NCBI RefSeq assembly: GCF_035084215.1
Contig: NC_090349.1
Location: 21,266,001-21,330,000, forward strand
Direction of reading: 5' to 3'
DNA from: Heptranchias perlo
Lineage: Eukaryota
DNA: 64,000 nucleotides
Part shown: positions 23,791-36,749 of the stretch, in pieces
Numbering within the stretch: the stretch's first letter is position 1
Layout: the number at the start of each line of letters is the position of its first letter
Made by a program: the position numbers and the translations under genes
The notes under the pieces: generated by a model
Seen by the model: only the letters and a program-made list of their open reading frames with translations
Database searches by the model: none
What the model was told of the DNA's origin: nothing

Positions 23791-24489
23791 AAGTGCGCTT
23801 TTACAGCGTGAGGGAGAACCAGGCTTAGACCAGACAGTATGGTAAACAATTAAAACCATAATTAAAGGTCTTCCGCGGGCTCTCGGGCCTCCTGGCACTC
23901 CGCTCCGCTTTAAAACCCTAGAATTCGTTGTGGAGAGTAGAAGCGGCCGATTTGTCATCCCATTGAAGTGGGCTGGAGCTGTGTATCTTGGATCGGAGAG
24001 GGGAGTGGGTATTTGTGGTCCCAAGCGGGTGAGTTTGAGGTGTGAGCGGATGCCAATTACTGGAAGAAATTAGTCACCACCCAGTGAGCATCCTGCTGGA
24101 AGGAGAGGTGAGCAGGGTCTCTTTGGGAACCAGTGGGCTCCAAAATTATATTCTTGTCCTTGGAACAATGGATCCTGCTTTCCCGAGTCCGTAATTTGAG
24201 TCAGACCAATCCACTGTACTCCAGGGCACTGATTATGATCGACCAGCTTGCCTATCATATTGATTGCATCTTGAGTGTTAGGCCTAGCCCTGGGGGCTGA
24301 GATACTTACTGCTCAATTCCAGGTAACTATTCACAAGTTCTTTCTTATAGATAGATACGGGCTACAAAGTGCTTAATGCGTACAATACATTGTTTTGATC
24401 TGGAAGTCAATACAAAATGTCACTCTTGGATATTAAAGAAAAATGTGGCTAATTCCTCCCTACTTAAATTATTCCCTGGCATGAGAGGG

Positions 24490-26112
24490 TGCTAGGGAAA
24501 TTAAAAAATAGTACTAGGGAAATTAATGGGGCTAAAGGCTGACAAATCCCCAGGGCCTGATAATCTACATCCCACAGTACTAAAGGAAGTGGCTCTGGAA
24601 ATAGTAGATGCATTGGTGATCATCTTCCAAAATTCTATAGACTCTGGTACAGTTCCTACAGATTGGAGGGTGGCAAATATATCCCCACTATTTAAAAAAG
24701 GAGGGAGAGAAAAAAACACGGAATTACAGACCAGTTAGCCTAACATCAGTAGTGGGGAAAATGCTAGAGTATTATAAAAGATGTGATAATAGAACACTTG
24801 GAAGGCATTAACGGGATTGGACAAAGTCAACATGGGTTTATGAAAGGGAAATCATGCTTAACAAATCTATTGGAGTTTTTTGAGGCTGCAACTAGTAGGA
24901 TAGGGGAGAACCAATGGATGTGGTGTATTTGGATTTTCAGAAGGCTTTTGATAAGGTCCCACACAAGAGGTTAGTGTGCAAAATTAAAGCACATGGGATT
25001 GGGGGGAATATACTGGCATGGATTGAGAATTGGTTGACAGACAGGAAACAGTAGGAATAAATGGGTCTTTTTCGGGGTGGCAGAGAGTGACTAGTGGGGT
25101 ACCGCAGGGATCAGTGCTCGGGCCCCAGCTATTCACAATATATATCAATGATTTGGATGAGGGAACTGAATGTAACATTTCCAAGTTTGCAGACGACACA
25201 AAGCTGGGGTGGAATGTGAGCTGTGAGGAGGATGCAAAGAGGCTCCAATGTGACTTAGACAAGTTGGGTGAGTGGGCAATAAACATGGCAGAAGCAGTAT
25301 AACGTGGATAAATGTGAGGTTATCCACTTTGGTTGTAAAAACAGAAAGGCAGATTATTATCTGAATGGTGATAGATTGGGAAAAGGGAAGGTGCAACGAG
25401 ACCTGGGTGTCCTTGTACACCAGTCGCTGAAAGCGAGCCTTCAGGTGCAGCAAGCCATTAGGAAGGCGAATGGTATGTTGGCGTTCATTGCAAGAGGATT
25501 TGAGTACAGGAGCAGGGATGTCTTACTGCAGTTATACAAGGCCTTGGTGAGACCACACCTGGAGTATTGTGTGCAGTTTTGGTCTCCTTATCTGAGGAAG
25601 GATGTCCTTGCCATGGAGGAAGTGCAACAAAGGTTTACCAGACTGATTCCCGGGATGGCAGGACTGACGTATGAGGAGAGATTGGGTCGACTAGGCCTAT
25701 ATTCACTAGAGTTTAGAAGAATGAGAGGTGATCTCATCGAAACATATAAAATTCTAACAGGACTAGCAAGACTAGATGCAGGGAGGATGTTCCCAATGAC
25801 TGGGGAGTCCAGAACCAGGGGTCACACTCTCAGGATACGGGGTATGCCATTTAGAACCGAGATGAGGAGAAATTTCTCCACGCAGAGGGTGGTGAACCTG
25901 TGGAATTCTCTACCACAGAAGGCAGTGGAGGCCAAGTCATTAGATGTATTCAAGAAGGAGATAGATATATTTCTTAATGCTAAAGGGATCAAAGGATATG
26001 GGGAAAAAGCAGGAACAGGGTACTGAATTAGATGATCAGCCATGATCATTTTGAATGGCGGAGCAGGGCCGAATGGCGTACTCTTGCTCCTATTTTCTAT
26101 GTTTCTATGATT
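24490..26112 (+). mobile_element. 5'-truncated CR1 LINE (RT domain to 3' end), frameshifted
   Basis: [30 protein letters not shown] and FADDTK motifs; tail TTCTATGTTTCTATG. Confidence 0.93.
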
Positions 26113-26219
26113 CTTCACACATAGACTGTGGTGGCAAGGCTGATATATGTGTCTTTTATCTTGACTACCTAAACAAATACAGTTAACCTTTTTAGTGTGG
26201 AAATCAACTTAAAGAGGCT

Positions 26220-26710
26220 TAACAACTTGCATTTATATAGGGCCTTTAACATAGTAAAACATCCCAAGGTGCTTCACAGGCGCGTTATCAGACAAAATTT
26301 GTCACACAGCCACTTAAAGAGATATTAGGTGTAGATCAAAGAGGTACGTTTTAAGGGGCCACTTAAAGGAGAAGAGAGAGCAGAGAGGCTTAGGAAGGGA
26401 GTTCCAGAGCTTAAGGTCTAGGCAGCTGAAGGCAAGGCTGCCACTGGTGGAGCGATGGAATTCGGGGATGATCGATTGGAGGAACGCAGAGATCTCGAAG
26501 GGTTGTAGGGCCGGAGAAGGTCACAGAGATGGGGAGGGGCAAGGCCATGGGGGTATTTGAACACAAGGATGAGAATTTTAAAATCAAGGCTTTGCCAGAC
26601 CTGGAGCCAATATAGGTCAGCGAGTACAGGGGTGATGGGTGAACGGGACTTGTTGCGAGTTAGGATACGGACAGCAGAGTTTTGGATGAGCTCAAGTTTA
26701 TGGAGGGTAA
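26220..26710 (-). mobile_element. L2 LINE 3' fragment
   Basis: Same family as 13953-14577 (AACAACTTGCATTTATATAG end; LELIQNSAVRIL). Confidence 0.88.
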
Positions 26711-27581
26711 AAACCAAATTTTAAAAAAATATTCCAGTATATACTAACCAATTTTTAAGTTGTAATTCAATATATGATTCACTATAGTGTACTTTTATTG
26801 TAAGTCACTTCTGTTGTGAAATTATATTTATTGAATATCTCTCAAATATGAGATTCTTATTATACAACTTTTAATAGATTAGTAGCATTGGGTATAATGG
26901 GGTAAATTTTAACGTTGAGCTGGGAAGGGAGCAGGGGAAACCCGGAGAGCAGCCAGGGAGCGGATGCAAGCACATAAGTCTTAGATTGGGTGGGGGGGTG
27001 GGGGTGGGTGAGGAGGGGTTGGTCATTGAGTGATGGGGGGATCATCGGGGTTGGCGCTCATCAGGGGGAGGCGAGGGGGGTCGTCTGATCGCGTGTGGGA
27101 TCACGGCAGGTAGGCTTGTTGGGCCTGGAGATAACACTCCTGCTTCTCCTGGCCCACAAGCAGTGCAATAAAGGCACTTACCTGCTGATCCGGCCCTTCT
27201 TGCCTCCTTAGGTGATGTGAGGCAGAAGCCTGGGAATCCCAGCCTCCAGGAGTTAAAGGTTAAAAATGCTGTTAAAACGGAGGCCCGCAGCCTCCTTAAA
27301 AGATTTCACCGACCAATTCACCTCCTGAGAGCGGGTTGGTCGCCCACCCCTCGATCCACCTCCATTAAAACCGGAAGTGGGCGGGTTGGGGTTGGATTTT
27401 ACTTTTTTTTACAATTTTTACTATTTTTACCTTCCCACCTGCCCCCAATATATCTTCTCTACCTCTACTTCACTGATGCAGAAACTAAATGTACTTTCTC
27501 TGACATGCTTTTTATATGGTCTCTAAAAAATCTTATGCAACAGTCCTAGTGTATCCCCTGCCAATACCCCAATATATTTGT

Positions 27582-28097
27582 GTGTCAGCTGTGGCTCTCG
27601 CTGTGGTAGTACTCTCGCTTCTGAGTGAGAAGGTTATGGGTTCAAGTCCCACTCCAGAGACTGTGGGATCACGGCAGTAGGCTTGTTGGGCCTGGAGGTA
27701 ACACTCCTGCTCCTCCTGACCCACAAGCAGTGTAATAAAAGCACTTACCACAGGGCAGTACTGAGGGGGCGCTGCCCTGTCAGAGGTGCTGTCTTTTATA
27801 TGCGATGTTAAACTGAGGTCCTGTCTGCCCTCTCAGGTGGACTTAAAAGATCCTGTGTCACTATTTCAAAGAAGAGCAAGAGGAGTTATCCCTGGCCAAT
27901 ATTTATTCCTCAACCAACATTGCTAAAAAAACAGATTATCTGGTCATTATTGCTTTGCTGTTTGTGGGACTTTGCTGTGCGTAAATTGGCTGTCGTGTTT
28001 CCTACATTACAACAGTGGCTACACTTCAAAACTACTTAATTGGCTGTAAAGCACCTTGGGACATCTTGGTCATGATAAGTGCTATATAAATGCAAGT
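27582..28097 (+). mobile_element. Deu-domain SINE carrying an 88-bp foreign insert
   Basis: B-box GGTTCAAGTCCC, with Deu core and tail as in 14974-15391; insert at 27662-27749. Confidence 0.85.
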
Positions 28098-28179
28098 TTT
28101 TCTCTATATGCAAATAAGATGAGGATATGAGGGGAAAAAATCATGTCAAATTTGTACGGTGATAACAAAATAAGACAAA

Positions 28180-28305
28180 AGCAAAATGCTGCTGGTGCTG
28201 AAAATTTGAAATAATGCTGGAAACACTCATCAGGCCAGGTAGCATCTGTGGAGAGAGAAACAGAGTTAACGTTTCAGGTTGATGACCTTTCATCAGAACT
28301 GGAAG
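28180..28305 (+). mobile_element. Short interspersed repeat fragment (Penelope-terminal-like)
   Basis: Inverted match to 23003-23103, about 80% identity by eye. Confidence 0.6.
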
Positions 28306-28898
28306 ATGTTAGAGATGAACAGACAAGTATAGAAACAAAAGATGGGTCCAGAGGAGGTGTAAATGATTACAGCAAAATAGCAGAGGGGGAGGGATGCATG
28401 ATAAATCTGGCAAAGAGAAGAAGGCTCCCGTGGCCCGGGAATGTGGCAAAGAAAGGCTGGTAGAACCCAGAGGTGCGGACCATCTCGTCAGCAGTGTATC
28501 AATAGGGATCCTCACCCCACGCACCAGCCCCCACTCCACTCCCAATGGCTCTGGCACAGCCATTCTCCATTACCAGCACCTGCTGTCCTAGAGAAAATGG
28601 TGGTTAAAGTCTAAAGTTGTTAAACTCTAATTTAAAAAATAAGACATTTTGGTTTATTGCTACCCCTGAAAGATAGAGGACTATGATGAAAGATCAGAGC
28701 ACTGGGTTTGGCTTTTGACTGCTGTAGCAAATGGCACAGACACGATGGCCAAATGGTCTCCTTCTGTGCTGCAGCTATGGTTCGAAGGAAAGATTTTGAA
28801 AAGAACACTGATACAGACAACATTGTTATATGTTTCAACAATACAGCTCATTACAGATTTAAAGATCTCATGAGGATAATCTACTGAAGAAGGAAACA

Positions 28899-29627
28899 AT
28901 GGCAACTGAAGTCATGGTACAGGGCAATCAAATAGAAGCCACAAACCCAGAGACTATCAGTAAAACCACGATTGATGATGTATCTATGCAAAAGATAGCA
29001 CCCAAAGTGGATGCATTGCGAATCTTGGAACCAGTTAGAAAAAAGCTCACATCAATTGAAGCAGAGAGGATTATTTCTGTCATTGAAAAGACTATTGAGA
29101 AATTAGAAAGAGTCACTTTGCTTCCCCATATAGCTAACAACCTCAAAAGATTCAGTGTTGCTTTTGGTTTGGAGTTGACATGTGCTATGAGGGAGCATAG
29201 CAGACTAGAGCAACATCTGTATTTTGCTATTAGCGGACTGCACAAGGAAGAGTCTTCTGGAGAGGAAAAGCATCTTGAAAGGCACGAAGTAAAAACTAAA
29301 GCAGAGAAAAAGCATGATGTTAAAATCCTTCAGCAGGCCCTCGGTAGCTCAGTTAAAAACATCCTTCGGCTCTTTCAGGGGAATCCCTCAGCATGTCAAA
29401 TAATCCAAGCAGAATGTCAAGCCCGAAGACGCATCTGTGTAGATCTCATAATGGGGCTAATGGAACTGAGAGACTTAGTGTTTGAGAGACTTCTGATAAC
29501 CCCCACTGAGGAAAAAGAAAAGTTGGACTATGTGCAAAACATCATAATGCGAGATAAGCAAAACACAGAAGTTATTGCCATGTTAGAGGCAGAACTGGCA
29601 ACAGCCATCCAAGATAAAGAAAATGAG
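28899..29627 (+). CDS. IQCD: IQ domain-containing protein D (dynein regulatory complex subunit 10), coding exon 1, 243 codons
   Basis: Long coiled-coil ORF with DRC10-like segments (LEPVRKKLTSIEAERIISV, SSVKNILRLF, ERLLITPTEE). Acceptor TTACAG| at 28856 and donor GAG|GTAAAC at 29628 (phase 0). Confidence 0.93.
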
Positions 29628-31717
29628 GTAAACCCTTACATATATTGTAGACTTGATGTCTCATGCTACCTTGACAAAAAATGCCATAAGTTGTAACAGA
29701 CTATAATTCACACCCCTAAATTTAGAGCACATAAAAACATGCATAAAGTTATACACCAGTTTTTAAAAACAAGTTTTAATGTTGTGATCTGGGGCCTGTA
29801 TTTATGTAAAATACGCACTAAGCAAAAGCCAACAATGCACTTTGATCTGGTATCTTTTAGCTAAAATGTCATGCTGTCGATTCTTGTACATGTATAAAGA
29901 TAAGTAGAGAGATGTTTCACGTACTGCATTATGCATGCAAGTCCAAGTGTCAGCTTTTATATAATCTGTACTATATGTCATTACTGTTCCACAACAGTTA
30001 TGAAGGCATACAATGGTAAGCAGGGCATATCTGAGGCTTGGAGTTGACAGGTACGGAAGGCACATCCCATCTTTCCTGATGAAATATTAGTATGAATGCG
30101 AGTTGTTAATTTGGGAGGGTGGGGGGTGGTGGTTAGAAGAAGCAGAGTTAAGGAATAAAGTCTAAAAACATGTGATTGTGTTACAAGTTCAGGTCTACCA
30201 AAGTACCTGCTTGGGTTCAGTCACGTCAGTCACTCCCTTAAGTGGTCTCGTTGCCTGCTTTTTTTATGGAAATTGATTCCCACTGCCCTATATCCGCTGG
30301 TGCAAAATTGGGACCCAAGAGCGTAATAGTAAGACACTCTTGCGATCTGAGCCGTATCTCTGTGCCGTAAGCATTTGTACTCTTAATCTCTCCGAAGGTG
30401 GGCCAAATTAACATAGGCAAAGTGGTTTGGTTCAGTTTGTATACGGCTTTATTCCACAGTAGATAAAACATACAGAATACAGTGTGCCAAGTGACTTCCA
30501 TCATAATAAATGAAACTACCAATTGTGTACAGTTACAAAAATATAGAACACGTACACTATTCCACTTTGGTGGATCCTTTACTTAACATTAAAAAAAACT
30601 CTCCCTGACTAAGGCAGAGGTCCTCATCTTGCTGCCTGATTGACCCCCTCAGCTATCTGTGATGATTCTTAATAAGCTTCCCTTCAAAAACTAGCAGTGA
30701 TCAAATAAATGTCAATACCAAGTTGCTAAATATGATGTAAATTATTAGATATTGTTAAAGAACAGGCCATTGTTTGTGATCTGTGCAAAACTACTAACCA
30801 TCCCACATTAAAATCACCTTTCTTCTGCGTTTGGATGGCCAACCCAGCATGGGGTTGTCTGGGCAAACTACTATGATTCAGGCAAGCTTCCACACAAAAC
30901 ACATTAAAATCACTTGTGTCCAAGTCTTTTTCATAGAAAAAAATGGCCACTGAACCCCAAACTGTAACAATTTGTTGTAAATGCATTTCTGGCTTCATTA
31001 TAGTAATACACATTGATTAGAAGCAATCTTATAAACTTATGTTTCAATTCAGAATATTTAATTTAGACAGACTTCAGCTTATTCATACCCTAATGCATCA
31101 TTTTTAAATTTAACATAGTGGTTTCAGCCACACTAGTTTGCCATAACTACTTTTGATGTTCATGTTAACTGTTCAGTAATGTGTCAGTCAGTCAGTAGCT
31201 AGCTATTGCTAACAAACACAGTTTGTGGGAGCAGTTTGATACTGCAACATTTCTGCAGATAAATAGACAAGTAGCTTTTAAGCAACGGTTCAGCAGATAA
31301 TAAACTAGGTTGCTTTATTGTGTAGATATTTCCTGTGGGTTTGATAACTGCACCTAATTCTGACCACCAAGAACAACTACGGTAACTGTTAACATTTTGA
31401 GTGCAGCCAATTGTAAAAACTCAAATCAAATTTAATGTAGTTTTCTTTTTCTAAAAAGTACAAAAGAATGATATATTTATTTAAAGATCCCTTCAAGAAG
31501 AAAAGTTAACATGTCAAAGGATATCAGTACTTGATAGGCATAGCATAATTACATAAATATACAGAGTACAGCAATAAAAAACATAGAGTTTCCAGAATTA
31601 TGTTAATCTAGCAACTACCTGGACAATTAGCCAGTCCACAACCTATTTTCCTGATATCCATTGCTTACATTCAAATCCACAATCCATGGAGATAGCAGAA
31701 CCTGGCCTGGGAAAGAT

Positions 31718-34577
31718 AGGAACATAGGAACAGGAGTAGGCCATTCATCCCCTCGTGCCTGCTCCACCATTCGATAAGATCATGGCTGATCTGTGATCTA
31801 GCTCCATATACCTGCCTTTGGCCCATATCCCCTAATACCTTTGGTTGCCAAAAAGCTATCTATCTCGCATTTAAATTTAGCAGTTGAGCTAGTATCAATT
31901 GCCGTTTGCGGAAGAGAGTTCCAAACCTCTACCACCCTTTGTGTGTAGAAATGTTTTCTAATCTCGCTCCTGAAAGGTCTGGCTCTAATTTTTAGACTGT
32001 GCCCCCTACTCCTAGAATCCCCAACCAGCGGAAATAGTTTCTCTCTATCCACCCTATCCGTTCCCCTTAATATCTTATAAACTTTGATCAGATCACCCCT
32101 TAACCTTCGAAACACCAGTACAACCCCAATTTGTGTAATCTCTCCTCGTAACTTAACCCTTGAAGTCCGGGTATCATTCTAGTAAACCTACGCTGTACTC
32201 CCTCCAAGGCCAATATGTCCTTCCGAAGGTGCGGTGCCCAGAACTGCTCACAGTACTCCAGGTGCGGTCTAACCAGGGTCTTGTATAGCTGCAGCATAAC
32301 TTTTGCCCCCTTGTACTCTAGTCCTCTAGATATAAAGGCCAGCATTCCATTAGCCGTCTTGATTATTTTCAGCACCTGTTCATGACACTTCAATGATCTA
32401 TGTACCTGAACCCCTAAGTCCCTTTGGACATCCACAGTTTTTAACTTTTTATCATTTAGAAAGTACCCTGTTCTATCCTTTTTTGATCCAAAGTGGATGA
32501 CCTCACATTTATCTACATTGAATTCCATTTTCCACAATTTTGCCCATTCACTTAATCTATCAATATTCCTTTGTAATTTTATGTTTTCATCTACACTGCT
32601 TACAATGCCACCAATCTTTCTGTCATCGGCAAACTTAGATATGAGACTTTCTATGCCTTCATCTAAGTCGATAGTAGATATTGTGAATAATTGAGGCCCC
32701 AGGACAGATCCCTGCGGGACTCCACTAGTCACATCCTGCCAATGTGAATACTTACCCATTATCCCTACTCTCTGTCGCCTTTCGCTCAGCCAATTTCCTA
32801 ACCAAGTCTGTACTTTTCCCTCGATTCCATGAGCTTCTAACTTAGCTAACAGTCTCTTATGTGGGACCTTATCAAATGCCTTCTGGAAGTCCATATAAAT
32901 AACATCCATTGACATTCCCCTGTCCACTACTTTAGTCACCTCTTCAAAAAATTCAATCAGGTTTGTCAGGCACAACCTACCTTTCACAAATCCATGCTGG
33001 CTCTCCCTGATTAACTGAAAATTCTCAAGGTGTTCAATCACCCTATCCTTAATTATAGACTCCAGCAATTTCCCCACAACAGATGTTAGGCTAACTGATC
33101 TATAATTCCCCAGTTTCCCTCTCTCTCCTTTCTTAAAAAGCAGAGTGACATGTGCAATTTTCCAATCTAGAGGGACAGTTCCTGAATCTAGAGAACTTTG
33201 AACGATTATAGTTAGGGCATCTACAATCTGCTCACCTACTTCCTTTAAAACCCTGGGATGGAAACCATCTGGTCCTGGGGATTTGTCACTCTTTCGTGCT
33301 ATTATTTTCTTCATTACTGTTGCTTTACTTATGTTAATTTTATCGAGTCCCTGTCCCCGATTCAATATTAGTTTTCTTGGGATTTCCAGCATGCTATCCT
33401 CTTTTTCTATTGTAAATACTGACGCAAAGTAATTATTCAACATGTCCGCCATTTCCCCATTGTCAACGACAATATCCCCACTTTCAGTTTTTAAGGGGCC
33501 AACACTGCTCCTGACCACCCTCTTTTTCCTAATATAACTATAAAAGTTCTTTGTATTGGTTTTGATATCCCGTGCAAGTTTCTTTTCATACTCTCTTTTT
33601 GTAGCTCTTACTATCTGTTTTGTGACCCTTTGTTGATCTTTGTATTTTTCCCATTCGCCAGGATCTGTGCCATTTTTTGCCTTTTTGTATGCCCTTTCCT
33701 TACGTCTTATACTGTCCCTTACCTTTTTAGTTGTCCATGGCTGTTTTTTTTGGCAAGTAGAGTTCTTGCCCCTCAGGGGTATAAACCAGTTCTGTATCTC
33801 ATTAAAAGTTTCTTTAAACATTTCCCACTGATCATCAGTCATTTTACCCATTAACAGATTTGCCCAGTTTACTGTGGACAGTCTCTGTCTCATCCCATTG
33901 AAGTCGGCCTTACCCAAGTCTAGAATCTTAGCAGCTGACTCACTTTTTTCCCTTTCAAACACTACATTGAACTCGATCATGTTATGATCGCTATTGGATA
34001 GATGTTCACGCACAGTTAAGCTGTTAACTAAATCTGGTTCATTACACATTATTAAATCTAGTATGGCTTGCCCCCTTGTTGCCTCTAGGACATACTGCTG
34101 TAGAAAACTATCCCGGACACACTCAAGAAATTCACTACCTTTCTGACAGTTGCTAGTCTGCTTTCCCCAATCTATGTGAAGGTTAAAGTCCCCCACTATG
34201 CCTTTCTTACATGCTTGACTAATCTCTGCATTTATACAATCTAGCACTTCAGAGCTGCTGCTGCCAGGGGTCCTATACACAACTCCCACTATAGTCTTAG
34301 ATCCTTTCCTATTTCTCTTTTCAACCCATAAGGTCTCTGTTGGCTGCTTACCTCTCGTTATATCCTCCTTTATCATTGAATTGATTTCATTTCTAATCAC
34401 TAAGGCTACTCCTCCCCCTCTTCCATTTTCCCTATCTCTCCTGTAGACCTTATAACCCGGTATATTTAGTTCCCAATCCTGACCATCCTGCAGCCATGTC
34501 TCAGTAATGGCTATCATGTCATACCCTCCAGTTTGAATTTGAACCTGTAGTTCATTTAATTTATTCCTTATACTCAC
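31718..34577 (-). mobile_element. Young CR1 LINE with nearly intact ORF2 (APE endonuclease + RT), 5'-truncated, in an IQCD intron
   Basis: About 825 uninterrupted codons including [36 protein letters not shown] and FADD. One frameshift near 32115, then C-terminus and 3' UTR. Confidence 0.96.
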
Positions 34578-35211
34578 TCTGGTCATCTCACTGTTAAAAA
34601 CACAGAGGGAGACAAACAATTTTGTTTTCAACTCCCTCATTCCTCCCTCCCCCAAAATCATTGATAATGTTACCATAAACAGCTCTACAGGGCATAATGC
34701 AGAATGTAAGGGATTTGTGTTTAAGTAAAACAGCTTGCTCAATGCTCTGCTGCAGTTGTCAGTTTCACTTTTTGTTATCTCACCATCAAGTTGTTCAGTA
34801 CTTTGTTCATTTTGTTGTTCGCCAACTTTATTCATAAAAATTTTGCAGGTGCACAATTCTCTGATTAATATGAACGATTTAAGCAAAAACTGTTATTTCA
34901 ATTTTTTTTTGGCTTGGTAGATTTGCCTATTGAGTTATCAAATTGAACATTTTTACTTTTTACACTAATCACAGCCTCAGATGCTATCATCTCAGATATA
35001 GCATGGGTTATGTGCAGAATAAAGCACCCTCTACAGATTGTACCAGCAGTGCACTTTAACCTCAATTTACCTCCTTCTGTACTAGTGTGACATTTCCATT
35101 TCCTACACAAGTTATCTTTATGGCCTAAGTAAGGCTGCCAATTTGTGATCAATTCCAGGCAGTCTTGTGGAGTGGATTCACATTCACTGGGAGATGGGTT
35201 TAAATCTCTAT

Positions 35212-35555
35212 TAGCATGCCCTTCCCTACCTCTAATCTTCTCCAGCACTACAACTCCCCACCCCTGAACTCTCGTTCTTCTGACTCAACCACTCGTGCAT
35301 TTTCCCATCCTCCCCCCCCCCCCCCCCTCCCCCCTCCCTCCCCCATAGCACATCATTGGTGGCTATGTATTTGTCATCTAGGCCCTACGCTCTTTCCCTT
35401 TCCTTCTTTAAAACTTCCCTTAAAACCCACCTCTTTAACTAAGCTTTTGGTTACCCTATCTCCTTCTTTGGCTCAGTGTCCATTTTTTTCCCTTATGCCT
35501 CTGAAGCACCTTGGGACATTTTTCTACGTTAAAGGGGCAGATAAATGCAAGTTGA
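35212..35555 (+). mobile_element. Degraded L2 3' fragment with a poly-C expansion
   Basis: L2 tail GAAGCACCTTGGGACATTTTTCTACGTTAAAGG..ATAAATGCAAGTTG. Confidence 0.75.
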
Positions 35556-36368
35556 CTTAAGCAACTTAAATTTGAATGCTAATAGATCAGATGTTAAATA
35601 ACCCCATTGTGCAGTGAACCATACAAATCAGGAAAGTTCCAGATTTAATCCCTGGGCTGTAGTGCGTTAGCCAATGTCAGCCAAAGAGAATGTTTGCTAC
35701 TACTAACTTTAGTACCCCAGGCCAGGGAGAGGATACTGTTGGAAGTACAGGTGTATGGGCATGGGGTGAAGACAACATGATTATACTTGGCTGGGATGTT
35801 CCCTCTTCCCTCCAGAGAATTGTCATTTGGACAAGGTATCAGAAGGCTACCACCATCTGTGGAATACAAGTGGTCACCTTCAGGAAAGAAGAAAGGGAGA
35901 AAATTAAGAAAGAACAAAACGTCCTAGATCCATTCCACTTAGGATACTAATGGCCATCAGAGAGAACACTTTCACTTCAGCAGTCTGAGCAAGATTTAAA
36001 CTTGGGTTTTAAGGTAAAAGGAGCATGGAATGCATTTTCTAGTCTCACAGTTTCAATTTGTATTTGCAAGCAGTTATATAAAACTCTCGAGGATAATGGG
36101 GTAGGTTTTTTTTAAGTGTGGAGATAACAGAAACAGTAACTATATATGCAACAGGTGACTGTAAATCAGTGTGAGAAAGAAATTGGAGGATTAAAAGTCA
36201 GTCTGTATGGTTACACTGTACATGTAACCAGGGTACAGGACATTAAATTCAGTGATATTTAATCGGCTGTGTTTTAAAAAAAAAATCTGTTCCTATTTTA
36301 GTACAATTAAAAAATATTTTAAGTAATTGTATCTTTAACCTTGTGTATACTTTAAATTCTATGACCAG

Positions 36369-36602
36369 ATGTTGAAAAAGAATGAGATAATCCGGAAGCT
36401 CAAAAACAACCTGCTTCAACTTGAATTGTTCTCAGAAGATTACATTCGTCAGATTAAACAAGATTCAGAAAAACAACAGCTCGCCGACCAGAAAATTTCA
36501 GAAGGAAGAGTTGCCAAGTTCCAGGAAGAAATATCTCTGCTCCGAATTCAGTTGAGCAACACGATAACAGAACACAGAACGTCTGAGCTAGCTTTAAGAA
36601 AG
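36369..36602 (+). CDS. IQCD: IQCD coding exon 2 (MLKKNEII...SELALRK, 78 codons)
   Basis: CCAG| acceptor and AAG|GTACAG donor, phase 0-0; continues the coiled coil. Confidence 0.92.
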
Positions 36603-36749
36603 GTACAGTGTAATGCTCCAGCCAAAAACTCCAGTTCTCATTATCAAATAAATAACACAATCACACAATACAAGTTGCAATTTTAGTGGAAATACATAGT
36701 TATTTTTGATTGCCAGAAGTCAATTTCCTAAGTTCAAAAAAAATACAAG

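Noticed and set aside
27582-27660. tRNA genes at SINE heads (also 12012, 14974, 40815, 51860-51965)
   Set aside because: These are A/B-box-bearing SINE heads that continue into SINE bodies and lack a complete cloverleaf.
29628-29696. C-terminal extension of the 265-aa IQCD ORF, and similar read-through tails of ORFs 36369-36686 and 57008-57253
   Set aside because: These are intronic read-through past clear GT donors.
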